The notes under the pieces are model-generated. The model made no database searches, had not been told where the DNA came from, and was given only the letters and a program-made list of their open reading frames with translations. DNA of 64,000 nucleotides from Deltaproteobacteria bacterium (lineage in GTDB: Bacteria; Lernaellota; Lernaellaia; JACKCT01), in assembly GCA_020633895.1 (NCBI GenBank), contig JACKCT010000005.1, forward strand, positions 155,789 through 219,788, given 5' to 3'. Positions within the stretch are counted from its first letter, which is position 1; each line of letters opens with the position of its first letter. Of the stretch, positions 10,094-19,518 are shown piece after piece. Position numbers and translations under genes: made by a program.

Positions 10094-11275
10094 CTACGGC
10101 AAAAAGGTGCCCTTCTTCTCGTCCCGGGTTTGCCGGTAGTAGCTGTCCTCGCCCTTGTCGGCGCGGGCGAACAGGTCGTCCATCACCGAGCCGCGAGAGC
10201 CGCGGTCAATCAACAGACGCACCCGCGTTTCCGGGTATTCGACGAGCATCTCGAAATCCGTGTCCGAATCGCCGGCGACCAGCACCGGCGCGCGGCCGAT
10301 GACCGAGTCGATCACCTGCACCTTACCCGGTCCGTACGTGACCGCGTAGCCGTGGCGCGTGTCCAATTCATCGGTGAACGTCCATTCGTCGTCGGGCCCC
10401 GCCACCGGCGTCGCCTCGGCCGCGTCGTCGACCGGCGGCCCGTTGTCGATGTGCTCGGCGGGCATCAAGCGGGTGCCGCACACGCGATCGCGCCCGACGA
10501 AATAAGGATGTTCGAACTCGTAGGCCAATGGCGTGATGATCTCCTGGAAGCTCGCCGTCACGATGTAGACGTGAAATCCGGCCGCCCGCAATGCCCGATA
10601 GAGGCGCGCCGTTTCGTCCACCACGCGAATACCCGACAACACGCGCGTGCGTTGGACGCCGCTACGGCTCTTGAGATTCGCGGGGCTTTCGAGGTCGATC
10701 ACGCCGATGGGCGCGCGCAGTTCGTGCTCCCATACCGAATGGGACAGCTCATGCAATCGCCGGCGCGTCATTCCCGCGAAGATTTGGATGGACCAGGGGT
10801 AGGCGTAGATCTTGCCGATGCCCGGCGTTTCGATCAGGGCGTCGAACAGCAGATTGAATTTGGCGCGAAATTCCGGATATTCGGGCAGGCGGCGCGTTTC
10901 TTCCAACGAACTCCCCCCGCCCAGCCCTTCATAGGCGCCGTGAAGGACGGCGTAAGCGTCGGCGATGTCGGCGGCCAGATCGTTGATCGCCGCTCCGCCG
11001 AATTTTTCCGCCACGTGGGTGATGCCTCGCGGATTGTCGGGCATGCGCTTGGCGAAATGTTCCGGCGTCATGCCGAAAACCAGTCGGTCGACCTGATGGC
11101 GAAAAACCTGTTCTCCGAAATCGCCGAAGACGGTGGTGTTGTCGAAATCGAACACGGCCACCGGCGCGTCCGGCGGGTCGAAATCCGACGGTTCCACGCG
11201 GTATTCGGCGATCAGGCGCTCGAGCGCCGACTTCAAGCGGGGGTTCCAGCCGGAGCCCAGATCCGGGGTTTGCAT
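10094..11275 (-). CDS. HAD-superfamily hydrolase (subfamily IB-like)
   Basis: Motif I 'VFDFDNTTV' (DxDxT). Motif IV 'VAGDSDTDFEML'. ATG 11275 preferred over TTG 11347, which has no RBS. Confidence 0.7.
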   Translation of the reverse strand: MQTPDLGSGWNPRLKSALERLIAEYRVEPSDFDPPDAPVAVFDFDNTTVFGDFGEQVFRHQVDRLVFGMTPEHFAKRMPDNPRGITHVAEKFGGAAINDLAADIADAYAVLHGAYEGLGGGSSLEETRRLPEYPEFRAKFNLLFDALIETPGIGKIYAYPWSIQIFAGMTRRRLHELSHSVWEHELRAPIGVIDLESPANLKSRSGVQRTRVLSGIRVVDETARLYRALRAAGFHVYIVTASFQEIITPLAYEFEHPYFVGRDRVCGTRLMPAEHIDNGPPVDDAAEATPVAGPDDEWTFTDELDTRHGYAVTYGPGKVQVIDSVIGRAPVLVAGDSDTDFEMLVEYPETRVRLLIDRGSRGSVMDDLFARADKGEDSYYRQTRDEKKGTFLP

Positions 11276-11389
11276 CGGTGCGAGCCTCGTTCGTTTAGCG
11301 AAGATGAAGTGCGTCGCTAGCCTAGACGGGGATCGGTGTTGTGCCAAGCGGTGTTCCGTTGATCGGATCCGTGACGTTGAAAAAACGCT

Positions 11390-11734
11390 GTCATCCCGAA
11401 CGCAGTGAGGGATCTCTCGTTCGTTGTGGACGGGAATCTCGATGCCTCTGATCCGTGATGGTCAGGGCGCCGATCGCTTTCCACACCGAAGCCGTTACCC
11501 GCTCGCTACGGCTCGCGGCTCGGTTAGGCCGGGCGCGTTCTCAACATCGTTTGAATTTGACCCCTCACTACCCGCCTTCGCCAAGGCTACGGCGAGGCAA
11601 GTCGGTCGGGTCTCTGACGGACCTGTTGCGATTCTGAATGTTGTTGGAGCGAAGCGACGACCCTAGAGGCACACCCAACATCGCGCCGGCGTCAGAGATG
11701 CAAAGCATCTCCTAGTCCGCCGCGACTACGCGGC
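11390..11734. repeat. Cluster of interspersed hairpin repeats (families R4, R1-like and R3)
   Basis: gtcatcccgaacgcagtgagggatctc at 11390..11416. Reversed R1-like units at 11497..11523 and 11559..11615. ttggagcgaagcgac at 11644..11658. gcgtcagagatgcaaagcatctcctagtccgccgcgactacgcggc at 11689..11734. All recur elsewhere in the window. Confidence 0.8.
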
Positions 11735-13089
11735 TACATGGCGAGGCGGATGTCGCGTTTGATGCGTTCCTTGCCGAGGATGGAGATGACGTCTTCGTCG
11801 TAGGGGGTTTCCTGGATCTTCTTGGCGGATTCGTCGACGAAGACCATGGTCGATTCGATGCCGTAGGCGCCGAAGATGTTGCGCAGATTGGAGTGGTCGC
11901 GGGACAGGGCCTTCTTGACCGAAAGATATCCCTGCTCGGCGGCCTTGGAGCGCTCGAAAAACGAGAGAGGGTTGATGTCCACATAGGCGCCGTCTTCCAG
12001 GCGCGGTTCGAGCAGGACGATGTCGCCCTTGAACGTCGGGAGTTGTTCGTAGCGCTTGAGCACCCGATGCAGTCGATAGTGCAGCAGAGCGCGGAAAGCC
12101 TGACCGAGAACGGCCATGACCCCGTCTTCCGAGAGGCGGTCCTTGTCGGAGGCGTAGGTGCCCAGCTCTTTGTAGTAGCGGACGTTGAGTTGGTTCTTAA
12201 CGGGGCGGAAGGGGTTGTAGACCACGATCAGGTCGGCGCCGTGGTCGATGGCCACGTCGATGTTGGACGTGGAGGTGATGCCGCCGTCCAGGTAGTCCCG
12301 TCCCCGCACCCGCGCCGGTTTGAAGAATCCGGGCATGGCCGTGGCGGCCTGCACCGCCTCGCTGATGGTCAACTCGTTGTTCTCGTCGTGGCCGAAGACG
12401 ACGCGCTCGGCCGTGTCCAGATCCAGCGCCGTGACGTACAGCGACTTCTTGCGCCGATGGTAGAGTTCGGCGAAGTCGTTTTTCTTGTTGTTGCGTTCCA
12501 GATTTTCCCGGATGTACACCTCAAGCTGGCGATTGTCGAACACGCCCGAGGGGATGTAGTTGAACGGGCTGGGGATGCGCGTGGAGGTGGTGGTCATGCG
12601 CACCAGCACCTTGAGGAACGCGTCCGCCGTGCGCCAGTTGGGATGGCGCAGAAATTCGATCAACGACGCCAGATAGCGCTGCTCCGGGTTGACCATCGCC
12701 GTGGTGAAGTTGACGGCGAAGCGGGGGAGCATCGCCATGGAATCGAACGCCAGCTTCAGCGGCTTGCCGACGAACTCGCCCCAATTGGGATGGTAAAAAT
12801 CCAAGGGCTTGAGCTGGGAGAAGCGGGCCGAGCGGCCGTCATAGCTTTTGAGCAGTTCTTCCACGGAGATGCCGTGGGCGATGGGCGCGGCGATGAAGGC
12901 CCCGGCGGACAGGCCGACAAAGATGTCAAAGTCGGTGACGTCCTTATTGACCATCCAATCGTTGAGGGCTTTGAGCCCGGCCAGGGTGTACGCCCCGCCG
13001 GAGATCGCCCCCCCGGCCAGCACCATGGCGACCTTGGGATTGCGTTTGCGGACCGACAGGTCGCTTTTCTGAACAACGGTGATGGCCAA
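11734..13089 (-). CDS. Patatin-like phospholipase
   Basis: Oxyanion 'LAGGAISGGAY', nucleophile elbow 'GLSAG' (GxSxG) and catalytic Asp motif 'YLDGGI'. TTG start 13089 with GGGAGGA 5 nt upstream. Confidence 0.85.
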   Translation of the reverse strand: MAITVVQKSDLSVRKRNPKVAMVLAGGAISGGAYTLAGLKALNDWMVNKDVTDFDIFVGLSAGAFIAAPIAHGISVEELLKSYDGRSARFSQLKPLDFYHPNWGEFVGKPLKLAFDSMAMLPRFAVNFTTAMVNPEQRYLASLIEFLRHPNWRTADAFLKVLVRMTTTSTRIPSPFNYIPSGVFDNRQLEVYIRENLERNNKKNDFAELYHRRKKSLYVTALDLDTAERVVFGHDENNELTISEAVQAATAMPGFFKPARVRGRDYLDGGITSTSNIDVAIDHGADLIVVYNPFRPVKNQLNVRYYKELGTYASDKDRLSEDGVMAVLGQAFRALLHYRLHRVLKRYEQLPTFKGDIVLLEPRLEDGAYVDINPLSFFERSKAAEQGYLSVKKALSRDHSNLRNIFGAYGIESTMVFVDESAKKIQETPYDEDVISILGKERIKRDIRLAM

Positions 13090-13394
13090 ATCGGATCCTC
13101 CCGCGTCGCCCGTAGCCGTGACCGGATCGGTGGGCGGCGCCTTGAGGACATCGGCCGAAACGTACGATTACCCAAGAGGCAATCCGTTCGACCGGAGCTA
13201 TGCAGGAGCGCGGGCATTCGGAATGCTTTACGCAGACCGGTCATTCTAGTAGAAGACTAGGGAATTCTGACGCACAATGTCAAGATTTCCGAGCAGGTTT
13301 CGGGTCGCTTTGTCCGGACGCCGACGATGGGGAAGATTGTGATTTTTCTCGGAAAAATGTCCGTATTTCACGCCGACGATCGGGCCGGGACGTC

Positions 13395-15686
13395 GTGGTA
13401 AACTCCGAAAATCCCCGTTGGGTCGAGATCGTCCTGCGCCGCCGTCGGCTGGTGCTGGCGGTAGTGGGCGTGGTGACGGCGGTCTTGATTTTCTTCGCCG
13501 CGCGCATCGAATTCGACTCGTCGATGGAGATCTGGTTTCTCGAACACGACCCGACGCTCGTGACCTACCACCGGTTCCTGGACCGCTTCGCCGCGGAGGA
13601 AATCTCCATTGTCGGCCTGATCGCCCCGGACCGCAGCATCTTCCATCCCGAAACCCTCAAAACGCTGCGCCACGTGACCGAGGAGTGCGAGAAGGCGCCC
13701 TGGGCGCACCGCGTGACCTCCTTGACCAACCTGCGCATGCCTCAGGCCGTCGGTGACATGGTCGAGATCACGCCGATGGTGCCGGAAAAAATTCCCGAGT
13801 CCGATGAAGAGATCAACGCCCTGCGCGAGAAGGTTTTGGGCAATCCCCTGCTGACCGGCAGCCTGGTGTCCGAGGACGGGGCGGCGGCGGCGGTGGTCAT
13901 CCAACTGACCGGCAAGGGCTTGGATTTCGACGCCAAGATCGAGCACACCGAATACCTCAAGGCACTCAAAAAACGCCTCCAGGACCAGGGCTGGACGATC
14001 CATCTGGCCGGGGCGCCGGTCTTCGACGAAGCGTTTCTGAAATACAGCCAGCGGGACTTCTCGGTCTTCGGGCCGGTGACGCTGGTGTTGGTGATCCTGT
14101 GCGTGTTTTTCGTGTACCGGCGCTTCTCGGCGGCGGTGATTCCGCTGTCGGTCGTGGGGCTGACGCTGGTGTGGACGTTCGGGCTGATGAACGTCTTCGG
14201 CGTGAAGCTCAACGTGATCTCCACGGCGATGACGGGCCTGATCCTGGCGGTGGGCATCGCCGATTCGGTGCATATTCTCAGTGAGTATTATCAGGAGATG
14301 GCCGGCGGCAAATCGCCCGAGGACGCCGTGCGAGGCACCATGGCCCACATGCTCACGCCGTGTTTTTTCACGTCCATCACCACGGCGGCGGGCATGCTCT
14401 CGCTGCTGGTTTCGGACCTGCGCCCGGTGCGGGTGTTCGGCGTTTTTTCCGCCATCTCGGTGCTCATCGCCCTGGGCCTGAGCTTCACCTTTCTGCCGGC
14501 GGTGCTGCGTTTCGCCAAGCCCCCCTCCGCCGAGTTCGTCGAATCCCAAAAGCGCGACCGCCTCTCCCGGATGCTGGCCGCGATCGCCCACCCGCAACGG
14601 CGGGCCAGCGGCCTCGTCCTGCTGGCCACGCTGGTGTTCGTCGGGGTGTGCGTGTGGGGTTTGTCCAGGCTGACGGTCGGCGCCAACGCGATGAACTATT
14701 TCAAGCCCGACGAGCCGGTGCGCTTGATGGCGACGGCGATCGACGAGGCCCTGGGCGGCAGCGCCAGCGTGGAATTTCTGGTCGAGGCGCCCAACGAGGG
14801 CTTGAAGGAACCGGAGGTGCTCCAACGCATCGACACCTTCGAGCGCTGGATGGAGTCCCGGCCGGGTATCAACCAGGCGCTGTCGATCGTCGATTCCCTC
14901 AAGGAGATGAACCGGGTCTTCCACGACGGCGACCGGGAGTATTTCACCGTCCCGGATTCCCGGCCCCTGGCGGCGCAGTATTACCTGCTTATGGAAGGCG
15001 AGGACGACTTCGAGAACTCGGTGCAGGAAAACTACTCCGTCGGACGCATCAGCGCGCGCCTGTCGCTCAGTCAGGCCGCTCAGCTTTCCCATGAGGTTCC
15101 GCTGATCGAAAAAGAGGTGAAGCGCGCCTATCATGACGACCAATTGAAGCTGTCCGGCACCGGGTTTGTGCATCTGATGAGCCGGATGGAGAACTACTTG
15201 CTCGACTCCCAGATCAAGAGCTTTTCCATCGCCTTCGTGGTCATTATTCTCATGATGATGCTGCTTCTGCGTTCGTTCACGCTGGGGCTTTTCGCCATGA
15301 TTCCGAACCTGTCGCCGATCCTGATGGGTATCGGGATCATGGGCCTGACGCGCATTTCCCTGGATCCGGGGACGGTGATGATCGGGTCCATTGCTATGGG
15401 CCTGGTGGTCGACGACACGGTGCATTTCCTCGTGCGCATGAAACGCAAACTGGCCAACGGCGGCTCCATCGAGGAGGGCATCGCCTATGCCATGTACGAA
15501 TCGGGGCGGCCGATTGTCATCACCAGCGTGGTCCTGGCGTTGGGCTTCTCGGTGCTCATGCTCGGCAGCTTCATGCCCAACATCTACTTCGGTTTCATCA
15601 GCGCCATCATCATCATGCTGGCCCTGGCCTGCGACTTGATCGTCCTGCCGGCCGCCCTGGTCGTGTTGCGCCCGACGATTCGTTGA
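13395..15686 (+). CDS. MMPL/RND-superfamily membrane transporter (sterol-sensing-domain type, HpnN-like)
   Basis: ORF 13200..15686. Two blocks of about 6 TM helices, each preceded by a large soluble loop. Both 'GIADSVHILSEY' and 'GLVVDDTVHFL' are typical of the MMPL family. Start is uncertain; GTG 13395 lies just before the first TM helix. Confidence 0.85.
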   Translation: MVNSENPRWVEIVLRRRRLVLAVVGVVTAVLIFFAARIEFDSSMEIWFLEHDPTLVTYHRFLDRFAAEEISIVGLIAPDRSIFHPETLKTLRHVTEECEKAPWAHRVTSLTNLRMPQAVGDMVEITPMVPEKIPESDEEINALREKVLGNPLLTGSLVSEDGAAAAVVIQLTGKGLDFDAKIEHTEYLKALKKRLQDQGWTIHLAGAPVFDEAFLKYSQRDFSVFGPVTLVLVILCVFFVYRRFSAAVIPLSVVGLTLVWTFGLMNVFGVKLNVISTAMTGLILAVGIADSVHILSEYYQEMAGGKSPEDAVRGTMAHMLTPCFFTSITTAAGMLSLLVSDLRPVRVFGVFSAISVLIALGLSFTFLPAVLRFAKPPSAEFVESQKRDRLSRMLAAIAHPQRRASGLVLLATLVFVGVCVWGLSRLTVGANAMNYFKPDEPVRLMATAIDEALGGSASVEFLVEAPNEGLKEPEVLQRIDTFERWMESRPGINQALSIVDSLKEMNRVFHDGDREYFTVPDSRPLAAQYYLLMEGEDDFENSVQENYSVGRISARLSLSQAAQLSHEVPLIEKEVKRAYHDDQLKLSGTGFVHLMSRMENYLLDSQIKSFSIAFVVIILMMMLLLRSFTLGLFAMIPNLSPILMGIGIMGLTRISLDPGTVMIGSIAMGLVVDDTVHFLVRMKRKLANGGSIEEGIAYAMYESGRPIVITSVVLALGFSVLMLGSFMPNIYFGFISAIIIMLALACDLIVLPAALVVLRPTIR

Positions 15687-15704
15687 GCGCCCGAGACCAT
15701 CATT

Positions 15705-15949
15705 CAGAGCCTCGAACGCCTCTTCAGAGCCCCGAACGGTAGTGAGGGGTCAACTCGAACGTTGTCATGATGAGATTCCGCCCCTTCGGAGCCGCGACCG
15801 TCAGGGAGCGGGTTGGTCCGCACCGGCACGCTTCGATCGTTGTTTAACACATCCCGCGAGGCGTACTGAATTGCACCAAACCGCTTACTACCGTGCGCGG
15901 CTCTGACGGAAGGGGGCGCGGCTCCGACGGAGGGGCTCGCGGCTCGGAC
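15705..15949. repeat. Cluster of R1 hairpin units (REP-like)
   Basis: cagagccccgaacggtagtgaggggtc at 15725..15751. Variant at 15787..15813. Inverted copy aaccgcttactaccgtgcgcggctctg at 15879..15905. Degenerate copies continue to about 15949. Confidence 0.85.
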
Positions 15950-16047
15950 ATCGCAGGACGCGTGTTGCCACGGTCGGCCCTTTCGCGATTCTTGGTAGGC
16001 CGCCCGCATTGACCGGACTTTCGGTTGCGCGCTAGCTTGAAGGCGCT

Positions 16048-17487
16048 TTGACGCAGGAATCTTCCACACCCTCGGCCCCGATGGCCGCATCGGAAGCCTA
16101 CGACGTGATCGTGGTGGGCGCGGGCGTTTGCGGGATGACGGTGGCCTACGAGGCGGCCAAGCTGGGCAAGAGCGTGCTGGTGCTCGAACGGGAGGGGGAG
16201 GTCGGCGGCCTGGCTCGGTCGTTTCAATACGGCCCCCATGCCTTCGACGTCGGCCCCCACCGCTTCCACACCGCCGACGCCCGCGTCAAAGCCTTCATCG
16301 CCGAGGTGCTCGGCGAGGACAAGCTGGAAATCCCGCGAGTGAGCATGGTCTATTTTCGCGGGCACTATTACCACTGGCCCGTGCATCCGAGCCTGCATCT
16401 GCTGCGGTTTCCCTGGCGCATCGTGATCGGCATCGGTATCGACCTGGTCTTTCGTCTTTACAAAAAACGCCCGCCCAAGTCGTTTGCCGACTACATCGTC
16501 AATATGTACGGCAAGACGCTCTACAACGTGTTTTTCCGCGATTACTCCACCAAGTTCCTGGGCATCACGCCCGAGCAGACCGACGCCGACTGGGCCAAGA
16601 CGGGCATCGACCGGGCGATCATCGACGAACGGCTGAAGATCAACACCCTCTCCGAACTCATCAAGTCGCTGTTCGTGCCCAAGAAGGACCGCGTCGAGTC
16701 GGTGTTCTATTACGGTCGGGGCGGCACGGGGATCTTTGCGGAAAAGCTGGTCGACCACATCGAAAAGTGGGGCGGCGTGATCCGCACGAATACGGCCGTC
16801 GACGCCGTCGAGACGCACGACGGCCGCGTCACGGCGGTGTGCGCGGGCAAGGAGCGTTTTGCCTGCGGCCGGTTGGTGTGGACAGCGCCGATGCCGTTGT
16901 TGCGCGAGTTGATGGGAGAGGCGCCCCGCGCCCACGAGATCCCCGCCGGCGAGGGACTGCGTTATCTGGACATCGTCTTCTACAACTTCGTGACGAAAAA
17001 TCGCCAGGGTCCGGCGTTTCAATGGTGCTATTACGGCGAGAAGCACATCCCGTTCAACCGCGTCTCCCGGCCCGACCAATTCGACCCGGACATGATTGCC
17101 GACGGCAAGGGCGGGCTGTGCGTGGAGGTTTCGGCGCCGCCGGGCACGACGGTTTGGGACGACCCGGAGGCGCTGGTGCCGGATATTGTCGAACACCTGA
17201 AGATCGTCGGGCTCGTCGACGGTCCGGACGATATCCTCGAGACGCACATCGAGCGCGTGGTGGAATGCTATCCGGTTTACTTCGCCGGCTACCGCAAGCC
17301 GCTCAAGGATCTGCGCGACGGACTGCATCAGTTTGATAACTTGCGCCTCGCCGGCCGCACCGGGCTGTATTGGTACAACAACATGGACCACTCCATCGCC
17401 CTGGCGCAGAAGCTGGGCCGCAAGATGGCGCGGGATATGGCGAAGGGGGATGCGGGCGCGGAGGACGACGAGCCGATTGAGGTTTAG
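16048..17487 (+). CDS. FAD/NAD(P)-binding oxidoreductase (amine-oxidase/phytoene-desaturase-like fold)
   Basis: Rossmann motif 'YDVIVVGAGVCGMTVAYEAAKLGKSVLVLEREGEVGGLARS'. C-terminal 'LAGRTGLYWYNNMDHSI'. Start is TTG 16048 or ATG 16081. Confidence 0.85.
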   Translation: MTQESSTPSAPMAASEAYDVIVVGAGVCGMTVAYEAAKLGKSVLVLEREGEVGGLARSFQYGPHAFDVGPHRFHTADARVKAFIAEVLGEDKLEIPRVSMVYFRGHYYHWPVHPSLHLLRFPWRIVIGIGIDLVFRLYKKRPPKSFADYIVNMYGKTLYNVFFRDYSTKFLGITPEQTDADWAKTGIDRAIIDERLKINTLSELIKSLFVPKKDRVESVFYYGRGGTGIFAEKLVDHIEKWGGVIRTNTAVDAVETHDGRVTAVCAGKERFACGRLVWTAPMPLLRELMGEAPRAHEIPAGEGLRYLDIVFYNFVTKNRQGPAFQWCYYGEKHIPFNRVSRPDQFDPDMIADGKGGLCVEVSAPPGTTVWDDPEALVPDIVEHLKIVGLVDGPDDILETHIERVVECYPVYFAGYRKPLKDLRDGLHQFDNLRLAGRTGLYWYNNMDHSIALAQKLGRKMARDMAKGDAGAEDDEPIEV

Positions 17488-17506
17488 CGATGGGGTCCGT
17501 GTCCGT

Positions 17507-17764
17507 CAGAGCCGCGACCCTTGCCCGTCAGAGCCGCGCACGGTAGTAAGCGGTTGGTTTCGAGCCCGGATATATCGTTCGTTGTTCGTCTGTTTCTTCG
17601 TCTGTTTCAGAGCCCCGACCTGTAGGGAGGGGTCTGATGTAACCCGGAACGCCGCGTATGTTGTTCGAACTTGCGTCTGACAGAGCCGCGCGCGTCAGCA
17701 AGCGGTCCAAATCGATCGACAAATCGAACCGCTCGACAACCCCGCGCTAACGCTTGGGGCTCGG
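17507..17764. repeat. Cluster of R1 hairpin units (REP-like)
   Basis: Units at 17529..17555, 17608..17634 and 17681..17707. A reversed variant lies at about 17729..17764. Confidence 0.85.
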
Positions 17765-17851
17765 ATTTGTCGATGGCTATGCATTCAACGATGTGTTCGC
17801 GGCGGCGAGCGGGATATCCCCTCAACTCCCCATTCCTGCTATAACCACCCC

Positions 17852-19051
17852 ATGACAATGCAAAACTCCCGACGATTTTGGATATTGGGTGTCGCCGCGC
17901 TGGCGGTGGCGTGGTCGAGTCTGGCGTGCGTTTCGGTGACGACGTCTTCCGGGGCACGGCCGCAAGCCGAGGCGCCGACGACCCCCACCGGGCGGGCGGC
18001 GTCCCGGGCTTCGGGTCTGGGGCCCAACGCGCCGAACATATTCTGGACCGAGGGCGGGGGCACGGCCGGCGACGTGAAGCTCTCGGGCGACACGTACATC
18101 CACCTGGCCGATCAGGCGAGCCCGGCCGTCGTCTCTATCTTCACCACGCAGGAATACGAGGCGCGCATCGGGGATCCCCTGGGCATCCTGCGCGTGCCGT
18201 TGGACGCGAACCTGGAGGCCACCAGCCTGGGCACCGGCTTTTTCATCAGCCGCGACGGCTTTCTGCTCACCAACGCCCATGTGGTCGCCAAGGCCGACCG
18301 CATCCACATCTTCATGCACGACCGATCCGAGGCCAAGGAGGTGCGGGTCGTCGGGGTCGACTCGTTGACCGACCTGGCGCTGCTCAAGGTCGAAACGCAG
18401 GAGCCCACGCCGTTTTTGTCCCTGGCCGACTCGGATGACGTGCGCATCGGCGAGATGGTGGTCGCCATCGGCAACCCCTTCGGTCTGGATTATTCGGTCA
18501 CGACCGGCGTGATTTCGGCGAAAAACCGCGTGCTCAACGCCGGGCGGCGGCGGGGTCTTTACGAGGACTTCCTGCAAACCAGCGCTCAGATCAATCCGGG
18601 CAACTCGGGCGGACCGCTGATCAATCTGCGCGGCGAGGTCGTCGGTGTGAACACGGCCATCATCGCCCAAGCCCAGGGCATCGGCTTCGCGGTGCCTTCG
18701 AATCTGGTCAAGGGGCTGCTGCCGGGTCTGGCGCGATACGGCAAGATTTCGCGCGGCTATTCGGGCATCGGCCTGGCCGAGTTGAATCCGGCCATCGCGC
18801 GACGGCTGGGGGTGAATCGCAGCAAGGGCGCGGTGGTGGTGTCCTTGGATCCGGACGGGCCGGGCGCGCGGGCGGGGGTGAAGGTCGGCGACGTGATCAC
18901 CGCCATCGACGGCGAGTCGATCGAAAGCTCCATCGAGGCCTCGCGGCGCATCACGGTCATGGAACCCGGCCATCACGCGACGCTTTCGATTCAGCGCGGC
19001 GGGGGCGAGACCGTGACGGTGAAATACACGACATCGAGCAAGACGGAATGA
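17852..19051 (+). CDS. htrA: HtrA/DegP-family serine protease (S1C) with one PDZ domain; probable lipoprotein
   Basis: Catalytic triad motifs 'LTNAHVV', 'DLALLKV' and 'NPGNSGGPLINLRGEVVGVNTAI'. PDZ segment 'GIGLAELNPAIARRLGV...GDVITAIDGESI'. N-terminal 'AVAWSSLAC' is a lipobox. Confidence 0.92.
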   Translation: MTMQNSRRFWILGVAALAVAWSSLACVSVTTSSGARPQAEAPTTPTGRAASRASGLGPNAPNIFWTEGGGTAGDVKLSGDTYIHLADQASPAVVSIFTTQEYEARIGDPLGILRVPLDANLEATSLGTGFFISRDGFLLTNAHVVAKADRIHIFMHDRSEAKEVRVVGVDSLTDLALLKVETQEPTPFLSLADSDDVRIGEMVVAIGNPFGLDYSVTTGVISAKNRVLNAGRRRGLYEDFLQTSAQINPGNSGGPLINLRGEVVGVNTAIIAQAQGIGFAVPSNLVKGLLPGLARYGKISRGYSGIGLAELNPAIARRLGVNRSKGAVVVSLDPDGPGARAGVKVGDVITAIDGESIESSIEASRRITVMEPGHHATLSIQRGGGETVTVKYTTSSKTE

Positions 19052-19488
19052 CGATGAGAATTCCAACACCCGACCGCGTTCGTTGGCTCCTTTTCGGTCT
19101 CACGCTCTTGGCAGTATTCGCCTTCGGTGCGTTCGCGTGCTCCGGCGATGACGACGATGACGATGACGCCGGAGCGGATGACGACGTCGCGGACGATGAC
19201 ACGTCTGACGACGACACCTCCGGCGACGACGATGCCGCGGGCGATGTGTGCGAGACCAACGAAGACTGCCCGATCACCTATTTCTGCAAAAAAGCCGTCG
19301 GCCTTTGCGGCGACGGACAAGGCGCCTGCAAGCTTTCGCCCCGCGCCGGATGCGACGAGGGCGACGAGGGCTGCGGCTGCGACGATGTCTACGAACCGGT
19401 ATGCGGTTGCGACGGCGAGACCTACGGCAACGAGTGCGACTCGGAACTGGCCGAGGTCAATATCGCCTCCGAAGGGGAGTGCCCCTGA
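19048..19488 (+). CDS. Lipoprotein: Asp-rich tether, Cys-rich module and Kazal-type domain
   Basis: 'AFGAFAC' lipobox, then 'SGDDDDDDDAGADDDVADDDTSDDDTSGDDD'. Kazal signature 'YEPVCGCDGETYGNECDSELAEVNIASEGEC'. Its ATG overlaps the htrA stop (ATGA at 19048..19051). Confidence 0.8.
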   Translation: MTMRIPTPDRVRWLLFGLTLLAVFAFGAFACSGDDDDDDDAGADDDVADDDTSDDDTSGDDDAAGDVCETNEDCPITYFCKKAVGLCGDGQGACKLSPRAGCDEGDEGCGCDDVYEPVCGCDGETYGNECDSELAEVNIASEGECP

Positions 19489-19518
19489 CGCGTTCGCGTC
19501 GGTGAGGAGGGTCGACCC

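Noticed and set aside
11734-13089. Patatin-like phospholipase as a CBASS or other anti-phage effector
   Set aside because: No cyclase, CD-NTase, sensor or other defence gene is adjacent. The neighbours are HAD, MMPL and oxidoreductase genes. It looks like a housekeeping or lipid-metabolism patatin.
15705-15949. Possible CRISPR array formed by the recurring ~27-nt units
   Set aside because: Spacing between units is irregular. Units occur in both orientations and as sequence variants. The clusters are scattered over at least 11 loci and no cas genes are present. This behaviour is REP/MITE-like, not CRISPR.
13368-17391. Long minus-strand ORFs 13368..15425 and 15844..17391
   Set aside because: Shadows of the MMPL transporter and the FAD oxidoreductase. 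They are extremely Arg/His/Gly-rich. The N-terminus of the second is made of translated R1 repeat units (PSEPRTVVSG).
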